A stretch of 11,648 nt of DNA from Candidatus Krumholzibacteriia bacterium (GCA_046484865.1 JAWOID010000076.1:1-11648); one strand, 5' to 3'; numbered from the stretch's first letter, positions 1-9,605 are shown. Notes: generated by a model from the letters alone, not told the origin. Program-made: numbers and translations.

Positions 1-2
1 CC

Positions 3-134
3 CGCAAGGAGAGCGACGATAAGAGCCGGCGCATCTCTCGCAAGGCGCTCGAGCGCGCCCAGGCTGGCCGCCGGGTCGGAGGTGGCACACGACCGTACGG
101 CTTCGAGGCCGATCAACTCACCGTTCGCGAGTCG
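3..134 (+). pseudogene. Internal fragment of a large serine recombinase (end of catalytic domain helix alphaE and start of recombinase domain), open at the window edge and cut off at the 23S junction
   Basis: Frame +3 reads [44 protein letters not shown], matching the E-x3-S-x-R...A-x2-G...GG-x2-P(Y/F)G(Y/F) linker of large serine recombinases. Not in the ORF track because it has no start codon. The frame runs into rRNA sequence and stops at TAG 162-164. Confidence 0.75.
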
Positions 135-822
<688 letters not shown>

Positions 823-902
823 CTTCTTGCTTTCGCAAGGAGAACGGTGTGAAGAAGATTCTCCGCTACCCTCTATACTCGGTTGTCGAAGAGCAGTGTC
901 TT

Positions 903-1018
903 TTCGGCGGCCATAGCGCAGTGGAACCACCTGTTCCCATTCCGAACACAGAAGTGAAACGCTGCCGCGCCGATGGTACTGCACGGTAGCCCGTGTGGGA
1001 GAGTAGGTCGCCGCCGAA
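903..1018 (+). rRNA. rrf: 5S rRNA
   Basis: 116 nt. Terminal helix TTCGGCGGCC/GGTCGCCGCCGAA; conserved CCCATTCCGAACACAGAAGTGAA, CGCCGATGGTACT and GGGAGAGTAGGTCG; about 80 nt downstream of 23S. Confidence 0.98.
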
Positions 1019-1027
1019 TCATCCCGG

Positions 1028-1063
1028 GACCCCCGGCCGCAAGGTCGGGGGTTTCGCTGTTTT
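1028..1063 (+). terminator. Intrinsic terminator of the rRNA operon
   Basis: Stem GACCCCCGGCC / GCAA tetraloop / GGTCGGGGGTT (two G-U pairs) followed by TCGCTGTTTT, 10 nt after 5S. Confidence 0.85.
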
Positions 1064-1208
1064 GGCCCGGGAACCCGCCCGTGCTCGCAGTCCCGCGCAG
1101 CCCGGCGCTTTCCGGAATGCCCGGTACGAGTTAGCTTTGGTCGCGATGTCGCGGACCCCGAGGTTGCGGCGCACCCGGACATCGACCCGGCGCAAGGAGG
1201 ACGCGCGC

Positions 1209-3551
1209 ATGGACACGGGCGCTCTGGAGGCGGTGCAGAAGGTGATCGAGGCGGCTGCGCGGCGCGCGTTCCCCGGCGGAGGCGCACGCGAGGAGGCCGG
1301 ATCGTTCCGTCTGGACGAGCGCGAGGTGTACGAGCTGCTGGACGCCGTCGGCCTGAAGCACGCGCCGGCCAGGTTCCTGGCCGCCGCCGACGCGGACCGC
1401 GACGGGCCGTCCTGGGTCGCGCAGGCCCGCGAGCTGGCCGACCCCGGCGGGCGCGTGCTGCTCAAGGCGGTGGGACGGTCCATCCTGCACAAGACCGAGG
1501 CCGGAGCCGTACGGGTGCTCGGCCCGGACGTCACCGGGGACGCGGAGGGGCTGCTGGATGCGGTCGCGATCATGCGCGCGCACCTGGCAGCGACGGGACA
1601 GGCCGAGGGTGTGGAGGGCTGGCTCGCGGCCGGGTTCGTCCCGCACCGCCCGAACCAGCCGGGGCAGGAGTTGCTGCTGAGCGTGCGGCTGGACCCGGCG
1701 TTCGGTCCGGTGGTGGTGGTGGGCATCGGCGGCACGCTCACCGAGTGGTACGGTCGCGGCAGCGGCGGACGCAGCCGCCTCATCTTCCCGGCCGCGGGGC
1801 TCACCGCGGCGGCGGTGGCGCGCTCGCTCGCGGAACACCCGTTGCTCAGCCTGGCGGTGAGTCCGTCGCGGCTCCATACGGTGGCGCCGCTCTCCGCGGA
1901 AGTCGTCGGCGAGGCCGTGGCGACGCTGGCGGCGCTGGCCGTGGCGCTCGGACCGGGGGATGGTCGCCGCGACGGGTGGACGCTCGAGGAACTCGAGATC
2001 AACCCGGCCGTGGCGTCCGGGGGCGAACTGGTGGCACTGGACGGGGTCGCGCTGGCGTCCCGGTTCCGGTGGCCGGCCGCCGACCGGCCGCTGGCGAAGA
2101 TCGGCCGTCTGCTGGAGCCGCGCAGTGCCGTGGTGCTGGGAGTCAGCACCCGGGGTTCGAATCCCGGGCGCATCATCCTGGACAACCTGCGCCGCTCGCC
2201 CGGCATCGACCGGCAGCGGCTGTACGTGGTGCATCCCAAGGAGACGAGCATCGACGGGATCGCGTGCTTCCCGGATGCGGCAGCGCTCCCGGAGACGTGC
2301 GATCTGGCCGTGGTGGCGATTCCGGCCGAGGGCGCCCTGGCGGCGATCGAGGACCTCGTGCGGAACGATCGGGCGGAGTCGATCATCCTGATCCCCGGCG
2401 GCTTCGCCGAGGCCGGGCACCACGATCTCGCCGGACGGATCGAGGCGGTCCTGCGGCAGGGACATCGCGGCCCGGGCGGCGGGCCGGTGATGGTGGGCGG
2501 CAACTGCCTGGGCATCGTCAGCCGCGATCGCTACAACACGTTCTTCCTGCCGCAGTACAAGCTGCCGTTCCGGCCGGGTCTGGGCGACAACCTCGCGATG
2601 GTCAGCCAGTCGGGGGCCTACCTGGTGACCTTCGCCAGCAACTATGACGGCATCATCAGCCCGCGCGCGAGCATCAGCTTCGGCAACCAGATGGACCTCA
2701 CGGCGGCGGACTTCCTGGCGCACTACGCCGGCATGCCGGGTCTCGACGTGATCGCGTTCTACGTGGAGGGCTTTCGCCCCGGCGACGGCGAGCGCTTCCT
2801 CGCGGAGGCCCGGCGGGCGCGGGCTGCCGGGCAGCGGGTGATCGTCTTCAAGGCGGGCAAGACGCCGCTGGGGGCGAAGGCGGCCGCCAGCCACACGGCC
2901 TCCCTCGCCGGTGACTACGACGTGGCGCGCGCGTGCCTGGAGTCGGCGGGCGTCGTCGTGGCCGCCACTCTGGACGGGTTCGAGGACCTGATCAAGACGT
3001 TCACGCTGCTGGCTGGACGGCCGGCCGCCGGACGCCGGGTCGGAATCATGAGCAATGCCGGCTTCGAGTGCTCCACAGTCATGGACGCGCTCGACGGCCT
3101 CGATCTGGCGGTATTCGACGACGAGACCGGCGCTGCACTCGCGGAGTTGCTGCCGCCGTTCGCGCATCGAGAGAATCCCATCGACTGCACGCCCATGACG
3201 GCCACCGATGCCTTCGTCCGCAGCGCCGCGGCGGTGCTGGCCAGCCCCGCCGTCGACCTGGCGATCATCTCGTCGGTGCCGGTGACGCCCGCCCTGGACA
3301 ACCTGGCCCCCGACCCGTGGGGCCGGCACCCCGAGAACCTGCACGCGCCGTCCTCGCAGCCGCGGCGACTCGTCGAGACGCTCGGGGCGTCGCCGAAGCC
3401 GGCGGTCGTGGTGGTCGATTCAGGGCGCCCGTATGATCCCATGGCGCTCGCGGTGGAGAGGGCCGGTATCCCGGTGTTCCGCAAGATCGACCGGGCCGCG
3501 CGGGCCCTGTCCGCATTCTGCGCCGGTCCGGGGGTGGCGGGCGGTTCTTGA
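1209..3551 (+). CDS. ADP-forming acetate/acyl-CoA ligase family protein, single chain with N-terminal ATP-grasp (beta) and C-terminal CoA-binding/ligase (alpha) domains, 780 aa
   Basis: AAGGAGG at 1194-1200 before ATG 1209; the ORF-track start at 993 lies inside the 5S gene. Beta motifs: LKAVG..ILHKTEAGAV, DPAFGPVVVVGIGG, ELEINP. Alpha motifs: LLEPRSAVVLGVS, DLAVVAIP, GGFAE, VGGNCLGI, VSQSGA, ISFGNQMDL, phospho-His motif AASHTASLAG (His codon 2892-2894), SNAG, NPID. Confidence 0.92.
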   Translation: MDTGALEAVQKVIEAAARRAFPGGGAREEAGSFRLDEREVYELLDAVGLKHAPARFLAAADADRDGPSWVAQARELADPGGRVLLKAVGRSILHKTEAGAVRVLGPDVTGDAEGLLDAVAIMRAHLAATGQAEGVEGWLAAGFVPHRPNQPGQELLLSVRLDPAFGPVVVVGIGGTLTEWYGRGSGGRSRLIFPAAGLTAAAVARSLAEHPLLSLAVSPSRLHTVAPLSAEVVGEAVATLAALAVALGPGDGRRDGWTLEELEINPAVASGGELVALDGVALASRFRWPAADRPLAKIGRLLEPRSAVVLGVSTRGSNPGRIILDNLRRSPGIDRQRLYVVHPKETSIDGIACFPDAAALPETCDLAVVAIPAEGALAAIEDLVRNDRAESIILIPGGFAEAGHHDLAGRIEAVLRQGHRGPGGGPVMVGGNCLGIVSRDRYNTFFLPQYKLPFRPGLGDNLAMVSQSGAYLVTFASNYDGIISPRASISFGNQMDLTAADFLAHYAGMPGLDVIAFYVEGFRPGDGERFLAEARRARAAGQRVIVFKAGKTPLGAKAAASHTASLAGDYDVARACLESAGVVVAATLDGFEDLIKTFTLLAGRPAAGRRVGIMSNAGFECSTVMDALDGLDLAVFDDETGAALAELLPPFAHRENPIDCTPMTATDAFVRSAAAVLASPAVDLAIISSVPVTPALDNLAPDPWGRHPENLHAPSSQPRRLVETLGASPKPAVVVVDSGRPYDPMALAVERAGIPVFRKIDRAARALSAFCAGPGVAGGS

Positions 3552-3598
3552 CTCATCCCGGGCCGCCCGCGGCCGATGATGGAGGGTGGAGGAACGAC

Positions 3599-5341
3599 AT
3601 GAAAAGGTTCTGGATCGTCTTCCTGGTCCTGGTGGTGGTCGTGGTCGGAGGGTTCGCCCTGGTCTGGCGGACCGTGGACCGCTTCGCGTCGGAGCGGAGC
3701 GTGGACGGCGGCGTGCTGGTCTGGCGGGTGGAAGGCGGCTACCCCGATACGCGGGACGACTCGATCATGGCGCTGCTGCGTCGGGGCGATCGTCCGATCA
3801 TGCGCGAGGTGGTGTTCGGTCTCGAGCGCGCGGCAGGCGACCCGCGCATCAGCGGGCTCGTGCTCGATCTGCAGGGCCTGGAGACCGACTGGGCGAAGGT
3901 GGAGGAACTGCGGGCCGGCGTGCAGCGGTTCCGGGCGGCGGGCAAGCCGGTCCTGGCGGTCATCACGGGGGCCGACACCCGGGACTACGCGCTGGCCGCG
4001 GCGGCCGACCGGATCGCGATGGTCCCGGAGGGTTCGCTCATGGTGATGGGCGTGGCCGCGGACCTGCTCTTCTTCGCCGAGACGCTGGGCAAGGTGGGGG
4101 TGGCCGCGGATTTCGTTCACGTCGGCGACTACAAGTCGGCGCCGGAGCAGCTCACGCGGGTGGAACCGACGCCCGCCAATCTGGAGATGACGCGCGCCAT
4201 CGTGGACGACCAGTACCGGCGATTGCTCGACATGCTGGCGACGGGCCGGGGAGTGCCCGTGGTGGAGGCCCAGGCCTGGGTGGACAGCGGCTTCTTCGAC
4301 GCTCCGATGGCCCTGGCGGCCGGACTGGTGGATACGGTCGGCTATCGTGAGGACCTCATCGACGGCTTCCTGCCGGACGAGGAGATCACCGAACTGGCGG
4401 ACTACGTGCGCGAGCGGCCCAGCGGCCGGACCCGGAGGGGAGTGGCTCTGATCCACGTCGACGGGACCATCATGCCCGGCAAGTCGCGCAGCGACTTCTG
4501 GCAGGGTTCCGTGGCGGGAGCCACGACCATCGGCGAGCGGCTGCTGCGCGCGGCCGAGGACGACGACGTGGACGCGGTGGTGCTGCGCGTGGACAGCCCC
4601 GGCGGCAGCGCTCTGGCGAGCGACGAGATCTGGCACGCCGTCAACGAGGTGCGCGACCGCAAGCCCGTGGTGGTCTCGATGTCCGGTTACGCGGCGAGCG
4701 GCGGCTACTACGTGGCCTGCGCGGCGGACTCCGTGTTCGCGGGCCTGGGCACTCTCACCGGATCCATCGGTGTCTTCGCCGGCAAGCTGGATCTCAGTGG
4801 GCTGTACGAACGGCTGGGCGTCCACCGCGAGCTGGTCGCGCGCGGGGAGAACGTGAGCTTCTTCTCGGATCATCAGCCCTTCACGCCCGCACAGCGGCTG
4901 CGCTTCCGCGTCCAGCTGGAGCGCTTCTACGACCGCTTCCTCGAGAAGGTGGCCGCCGGGCGCGGGCTGGAGCGGGACGCCGTCCATGCGGTGGCGCAGG
5001 GACGGGTCTGGACGGGAGCGCAGGCCCTGGAACGGGGGCTGGTGGACGCCCCGGGCGGACTGCTGCGTGCCATGCGCGCGGCGAAGAGCCTGGCCGGGAT
5101 TCCGGTGGAAGAGCGCGTGGCCGTGGTGACGTACGAGCGCCAGCTCACCTGGATCCAGCGGATGCTGCTGGAAAGTTTCGGTTCGTTCCCGACCGCGGGT
5201 CTGGCGGGGAGCGACCGGCCGCTGCCGCCGGCCTTGCTGGGCTTGCGAGACGATCTCGACCGCGGGGGTGCGCTGGCGCTGCCGGCGCTCATGGACGGAC
5301 AGGCCCTGGCCTTGCCTCCCTACCACCTGGTGGTCCGGTGA
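3599..5341 (+). CDS. sppA: Signal peptide peptidase SppA (protease IV), 67K tandem-domain type, peptidase S49, 580 aa
   Basis: GGAGG at 3588-3592 before ATG 3599. N-terminal anchor MKRFWIVFLVLVVVVVGGFALVW; general-base Lys motif GDYKSAPE in domain 1; LRVDSPGGSALASDEI, nucleophile motif SMSGYAASGGYY, TLTGSIGV and AQGRVWTG in domain 2. Confidence 0.95.
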   Translation: MKRFWIVFLVLVVVVVGGFALVWRTVDRFASERSVDGGVLVWRVEGGYPDTRDDSIMALLRRGDRPIMREVVFGLERAAGDPRISGLVLDLQGLETDWAKVEELRAGVQRFRAAGKPVLAVITGADTRDYALAAAADRIAMVPEGSLMVMGVAADLLFFAETLGKVGVAADFVHVGDYKSAPEQLTRVEPTPANLEMTRAIVDDQYRRLLDMLATGRGVPVVEAQAWVDSGFFDAPMALAAGLVDTVGYREDLIDGFLPDEEITELADYVRERPSGRTRRGVALIHVDGTIMPGKSRSDFWQGSVAGATTIGERLLRAAEDDDVDAVVLRVDSPGGSALASDEIWHAVNEVRDRKPVVVSMSGYAASGGYYVACAADSVFAGLGTLTGSIGVFAGKLDLSGLYERLGVHRELVARGENVSFFSDHQPFTPAQRLRFRVQLERFYDRFLEKVAAGRGLERDAVHAVAQGRVWTGAQALERGLVDAPGGLLRAMRAAKSLAGIPVEERVAVVTYERQLTWIQRMLLESFGSFPTAGLAGSDRPLPPALLGLRDDLDRGGALALPALMDGQALALPPYHLVVR

Positions 5342-5358
5342 GGCGAACACCGCCCGGG

Positions 5359-5387
5359 TTGCGGGAACGCGGCGGATGCTGTAGCTT
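5359..5387 (+). promoter_or_regulatory. Putative sigma70-type promoter for the co-polymerase/kinase pair
   Basis: TTGCGG (5359-5364), 17-nt spacer, TAGCTT (5382-5387) in the 137-bp intergenic region. Pattern match only. Confidence 0.4.
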
Positions 5388-5478
5388 TCGCGGTCGGGCG
5401 AAAATCCGGCGGTGGCCGCGAATCCCGCCCTCCACCGAAGATCGCCGGAAACGCACGCAGGGAGAATGGTGACGACCG

Positions 5479-7095
5479 ATGAAGAACGGAACCATGGATG
5501 CCCTCTTCGCGGAGGAGAAGTCCGGGCGCAGCCTCGATCCTACCGAGCTTCTCCGCGTCTTCCTGCGTCGCAAGTGGCTGTTCATCGTCCCCTTCATCCT
5601 GTGTCTGGCGATGGTGGCGGTGGCCATCAAGACCCTGACGCCCATCTACGCGTCAGCGGGTCAGATCCGCGTGGTGATCGAGGGGCCCGCCACGCGACTC
5701 ATCGAGAACGAGTACGGAGGCCATCGCCGCGTGGGCGATCTGAACCGGGAAGTGGCCTTCCGGATCGAGAACCTGCTGACGTCGCCGAAGTTTCTCGAGG
5801 GCGTGGTGACCTCGATGGACCTGCACCTGCCCTACCTGGGGCTGGAGGCGATGGGTCCCGGCACCGAGGAGAACGTGCGCTCGCCGGGCGAGCAGCAGGC
5901 CATCGACTCCGCGGCTCGCGACCTGCGCCGGCGGATCCGGGTGAATTCGCCCTCGCACCTGCTCTTCGAGATCGAGGTCCGTGATACCGACCCGCAGACC
6001 GCGTACGTGCAGGCCCACGCTGTGCTGGACCACTTCCTCCTCGAGGATCGGCAGCGACGGATGGAGCGGAGCACGACGACCCGCGACTTCCTGCTGAAGC
6101 AGCGCGATTCGAAGGAGCAGGAACTCGAGCAGGCCGAGCAGGAACTCCTGGCGTTCCAGCGGCAGATGCTGTCGGCGAACCTGGTGGGAACGTCGGTGAA
6201 CTACCAGAACCTGGGTCAGGCCGAGGAGGCGCTGGAACGTCTGCGCAGCCGCTTCATGAACGAGGATGCCCAGCAGATCGCCGAACTCGAGCAGCAGACC
6301 CGTCAGGTGCTGGGGGAGCTGCCGCCCGTGTCCCGTTACCTGCAGAGTTCCGAGATCGGACCGCTGGTGCGCGAGTTGCAGGACCTGGAGTTCGAGCAGT
6401 CGGCGGGAGGCGCCGGCCGCGGTGGGGATCTCGGCACCGAACTCGGGCGGCTGCGCATCCGACTCAACAGCGCGGTCGAGAACCGGGTGGCGCTGGATTA
6501 CCCGCAATTGCCGATGCTGGACCGCAACGCGGTGACCCGGTACATCTACTTCTCGATCTACCGGCAGATCCAGCAGCGGCTCATCGATCGGCTCGCCCGG
6601 GACATCCGGGAGTTCCGCGAGTTCTCGACGCGGCAGCCCGAGCAGTCGGCCCGTCTGAACGAGCTGCAGCAGAACGTCGGCGCGGCGCGCAACCTGCTCA
6701 ATGCGATCGAGGGCGAGATCACGCAGCTGAACATGAATCTCGATGCCAGCGCTTCCGAGATCGGCTACCGCGTGGAGGTCCGGCAGGAGCCGCAGCTCAG
6801 CTGGAATCCCGTGGAGCCCGACAAGATGAAGCTGTCGATGATGGGGTTCGTCCTGTCGGTGGGCCTCGGCATCGGGCTGGTCGTGGTCTCGGTCCTGCTG
6901 GACCGCTCCTTCACCTCGGTGGAGGAGATCGAGGCGACCCTCGGACTGCCGGTGATCGGGACGCTCCCGGTGGTGCAGGACGACCATTTCGAACGGCGGC
7001 GGCGCCTGCGTCTGCTCCGCTGGCTGTTGCTCATCGCCGCCATCCTGGCGGTGGCGGCGGTCGGACTGCTCTACATCTATCCGAAGTTCGTCTAG
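5479..7095 (+). CDS. Polysaccharide co-polymerase / chain-length determinant (GumC, Wzc N-terminal-like), transmembrane activator of the adjacent kinase
   Basis: Wzz-type N-terminus LDPTELLRVFLRRKWLFIVPFILCLAMVAVAI..TPIYASAG; long Q/E/L/R-rich coiled-coil region; Pro-rich P..PVEP before TM2; juxtamembrane DRSFTSVEEIEATLGLPVIGTLP; extra C-terminal hydrophobic helix. Alternative start ATG at 5494. Confidence 0.9.
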   Translation: MKNGTMDALFAEEKSGRSLDPTELLRVFLRRKWLFIVPFILCLAMVAVAIKTLTPIYASAGQIRVVIEGPATRLIENEYGGHRRVGDLNREVAFRIENLLTSPKFLEGVVTSMDLHLPYLGLEAMGPGTEENVRSPGEQQAIDSAARDLRRRIRVNSPSHLLFEIEVRDTDPQTAYVQAHAVLDHFLLEDRQRRMERSTTTRDFLLKQRDSKEQELEQAEQELLAFQRQMLSANLVGTSVNYQNLGQAEEALERLRSRFMNEDAQQIAELEQQTRQVLGELPPVSRYLQSSEIGPLVRELQDLEFEQSAGGAGRGGDLGTELGRLRIRLNSAVENRVALDYPQLPMLDRNAVTRYIYFSIYRQIQQRLIDRLARDIREFREFSTRQPEQSARLNELQQNVGAARNLLNAIEGEITQLNMNLDASASEIGYRVEVRQEPQLSWNPVEPDKMKLSMMGFVLSVGLGIGLVVVSVLLDRSFTSVEEIEATLGLPVIGTLPVVQDDHFERRRRLRLLRWLLLIAAILAVAAVGLLYIYPKFV

Positions 7096-7103
7096 GAGAG
7101 CGC

Positions 7104-7829
7104 ATGGCCAGGAGTCGCAGATCGTCGGGAGGCGTCGGCAGCCGGCTGTTCGACATCGAGTCGCCCATGGCCATCGAGTTGCGGCGGATCATGATCCGGC
7201 TCGGGCGCCATCTCGACCTCGATCGCAAGCGGGCTCTGATGATCACCAGCGCCGAGCGAGGCGAGGGCAAGAGCCTCTTCTCGCTGCACTTCTCCCTGGT
7301 GCTCACCTACCACCTGCGCAAGAGCATTCTGCTGGTGGACGGCGACATCCGCCGTCCCGTCCAGCACACGGTGTTCCAGACGGCGCCGTCGCCGGGGTGG
7401 GCGGAGGTGCTGGCCGGCGACGTCGAGGTCGAGCGGGCCGTGCGGGCCACGAAGGTGGAGAACCTGCACTTCATGCCGGCGGGGTCGGGCGGCGGCAATC
7501 CGAGCCGCCTGTTCTCGGAGCACCGCGTGCGCAGCGTGGTGGAGACGATCCACCGCACCTTCGACATCGTGATCATCGACGCGCCGCCGGTGGTGCCGGT
7601 GAGCGATCCGCTGCACTACCTCGACGGCGTGGACGGCGTCATCTTCATGGTGATGGCGGGCGAGACGTCCCGCGACGTGGCCAAGCGGGGGGTGTCGATC
7701 CTGCGCAGCGCCGGGGCCAACGTGCTCGGTGTGGTGGCGAACAACCTTTCCGAGGTCCTTCCCTACTACTACGACCAGAAGTACTACGGCTACGATCGCT
7801 TCGCATCCCGCAAGCCCCGGCGCGCCTGA
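7104..7829 (+). CDS. CpsD/CapB family bacterial tyrosine kinase (stand-alone Wzc C-terminal domain), 241 aa
   Basis: Walker A TSAERGEGKS, Walker A' LLVDGDIRRP, Walker B IVIIDAPP, C-terminal Tyr cluster PYYYDQKYYGYD (6 Tyr). RBS AGGAG overlaps the upstream TAG stop, suggesting translational coupling. Confidence 0.95.
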   Translation: MARSRRSSGGVGSRLFDIESPMAIELRRIMIRLGRHLDLDRKRALMITSAERGEGKSLFSLHFSLVLTYHLRKSILLVDGDIRRPVQHTVFQTAPSPGWAEVLAGDVEVERAVRATKVENLHFMPAGSGGGNPSRLFSEHRVRSVVETIHRTFDIVIIDAPPVVPVSDPLHYLDGVDGVIFMVMAGETSRDVAKRGVSILRSAGANVLGVVANNLSEVLPYYYDQKYYGYDRFASRKPRRA

Positions 7830-7875
7830 CGGAGTGCCGGCCCGCCGCGCGGGGACGGTCCCGGACAGAATCGGA

Positions 7876-7901
7876 AGGGCCGGATCCACGGATCCGGCCC
7901 T
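7876..7901. terminator. Perfect hairpin between convergent genes; possible bidirectional terminator or RNA-stabilising stem
   Basis: AGGGCCGGATC-CACG-GATCCGGCCCT: 11-bp perfect stem with 4-nt loop. No U-tract on either strand, so function is uncertain. Confidence 0.55.
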
Positions 7902-7934
7902 CGTCGTCAGCAGCGTGGCGGGCGGTCGGTCTGG

Positions 7935-9557
7935 TCACTCGGATTTCGTGCGGAAGTCCTTGCCGACCCAGCCGCGGGCCACCACGAGCAGCACCGTCGA
8001 GAACATGGCGATGGTGGCGAAGATCAGCCACATGGCCTGCGGGTCCTTCTCGCCCAGCGCCGGTACGTAGCGCTGCAGCATGATGCCGGTGTAGAGCGGC
8101 GCGATGACCTTGGTCAGGAACCACGGGAACTGCGCCACGCCCATGTACGCCCCGGTGCGGCCTTCCGGCGCGATCTCGGCGGCGTACTGCAGGAAGCGCG
8201 GCTGCCACATGGCCTCGCCGATGGTCATGATGAAGAGGTAGGCCAGCAAGGTGTAGATGCTCGTGTCCACGGCGAGCAGGTAGGCGGGAGCCGCCATGAT
8301 CAGCGTCCCCCAGACCATCATGTCGTAGACCTTCCGCCGCTGGGTCAACGCCGTCACGATCGGGACCGCGATGAAGATCAGGATCGGGTTGAGGTTGGAG
8401 AAGAGTTCGAACCGGTCGCTGATCCACTCGGTGTAGGCGCGCTCGATGTACTGCGGCAAGATGAGCCAGTTGTAGGTGAAGAGGGTCTGTACCGGGATCA
8501 GGGCGAAGATGAAGAAGAAGAACTTCACGTCCGAGAGGGGGTGGTTGGCCAGCCAGCGGCCCGCGGCGCGACGCCAGGTCTCCGGCACGCCCCGCATCAA
8601 GATCATGACCGCCACCAGCAGGCCACCCCAGATGTACAGGGACCACGGCGTGGGCACGAACCCGATGCAGGCCACCAGCAGCGCGATGGTCACCCAGATG
8701 TGGATCGGGATCCGGGTGCGTTCCGAGGCCACGGCGGCCGCGGGCGCGGCATCCCGCGGCTGCGCGGCCCGGGCGGCCGTTTCGGCCAGCGGGTCGGCGG
8801 CGGCCGCGGCGGTCCGGCGCTTCTCCTCGGCGCGCTCGGCCTCGGCGCGCTCGGCGGCGCGCTTCTCGACGGCGCGCGTGAGGATCAGGGTGGTGACCAC
8901 GAGGGCCACCCCGGTGAGGGCGGTGTAGACCCAGAAGACCCCGGTGATCCCGATGCCCAGGTACTTCTCGTCCCTCAGGAGCCACGCGAACGACGGGAAG
9001 TAGCCGCCCAGGTTCATCAGGGCGTAGAGCATGGCGTAGCCCATGGCGGCGGTCTTGGCGCTGGTGAACTTGCGGACGCCGGCGTAGGCGGCGGGCTGGT
9101 ACATGCCGTAGCCGATGACCACCAGCAGGATGCCGGCCACGGTGGTCAGGTGGAGAGGCGACCAGAGCCCCGCCGGTTGCATCCCCAGGAGGGTCGGCGC
9201 GGAGGAGATCACGATGCGGCCCGCCAGCAGGAACACGAAGGCGGTCAGCAGCGACCAGCGCACCCCCTTCTTGTCGGCCACCCCGCCGAGAAAGAACATG
9301 GAGATGGTGATGCCTGCCGTGAGCACCAGCACCATCCGGTGCGACCAGATGTCGTTGTTTTCCATCCCGGCGAAGACGAAGTCGGAGAAGTGCATCGCCA
9401 GATAGCCGAGGACGCCGAAGTAGGCCAGTCCCTCGAGGAAGTAGGACAGGTTGATGCCCCACAGCGCCCGCGGCGCGTGCACCAGATCGATGAACGGCTG
9501 CACGATCTCGCGCAGCGGACTCTTCTTCTGCGACGGTCCGGTGGTCGGGGACGCCAT
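7935..9557 (-). CDS. MFS transporter resembling the POT/PTR2 peptide transporter group, 540 aa
   Basis: About 14 hydrophobic segments; MFS motif A GGVADKKGVRWSL; TM1 SYFLEGLAYFG; AMGYAMLYALMNLGG, FSNLNPILIFI, TIGEAMWQP and APEGRTGAYMG resemble POT-family segments. AAGGAG RBS at 9570-9575 (minus strand). Confidence 0.88.
   Translation of the reverse strand: MASPTTGPSQKKSPLREIVQPFIDLVHAPRALWGINLSYFLEGLAYFGVLGYLAMHFSDFVFAGMENNDIWSHRMVLVLTAGITISMFFLGGVADKKGVRWSLLTAFVFLLAGRIVISSAPTLLGMQPAGLWSPLHLTTVAGILLVVIGYGMYQPAAYAGVRKFTSAKTAAMGYAMLYALMNLGGYFPSFAWLLRDEKYLGIGITGVFWVYTALTGVALVVTTLILTRAVEKRAAERAEAERAEEKRRTAAAAADPLAETAARAAQPRDAAPAAAVASERTRIPIHIWVTIALLVACIGFVPTPWSLYIWGGLLVAVMILMRGVPETWRRAAGRWLANHPLSDVKFFFFIFALIPVQTLFTYNWLILPQYIERAYTEWISDRFELFSNLNPILIFIAVPIVTALTQRRKVYDMMVWGTLIMAAPAYLLAVDTSIYTLLAYLFIMTIGEAMWQPRFLQYAAEIAPEGRTGAYMGVAQFPWFLTKVIAPLYTGIMLQRYVPALGEKDPQAMWLIFATIAMFSTVLLVVARGWVGKDFRTKSE
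8826..8855. repeat. In-frame 15-bp tandem duplication within the MFS central linker
   Basis: CTCGGCGCGCTCGGC x2 (8826-8840, 8841-8855), encoding AERAE-AERAE on the minus strand. Confidence 0.85.
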
Positions 9558-9605
9558 GCTTGCGTGTGGCTCCTTCGAACGGGAAATCGGCGGCGGTTCC
9601 GCGAG

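Noticed and set aside
5408..5416. GGCGGTGGC upstream of the co-polymerase, resembling an ops element
   Set aside because: Mismatch at the conserved A of GGCGGTAG, common by chance in high-GC DNA, and the unit is only two genes long.
1019..7889. Long antisense ORFs (498, 737, 811, 444 and 265 aa)
   Set aside because: They mirror well-supported + strand genes and lack family motifs; high-GC shadow ORFs.
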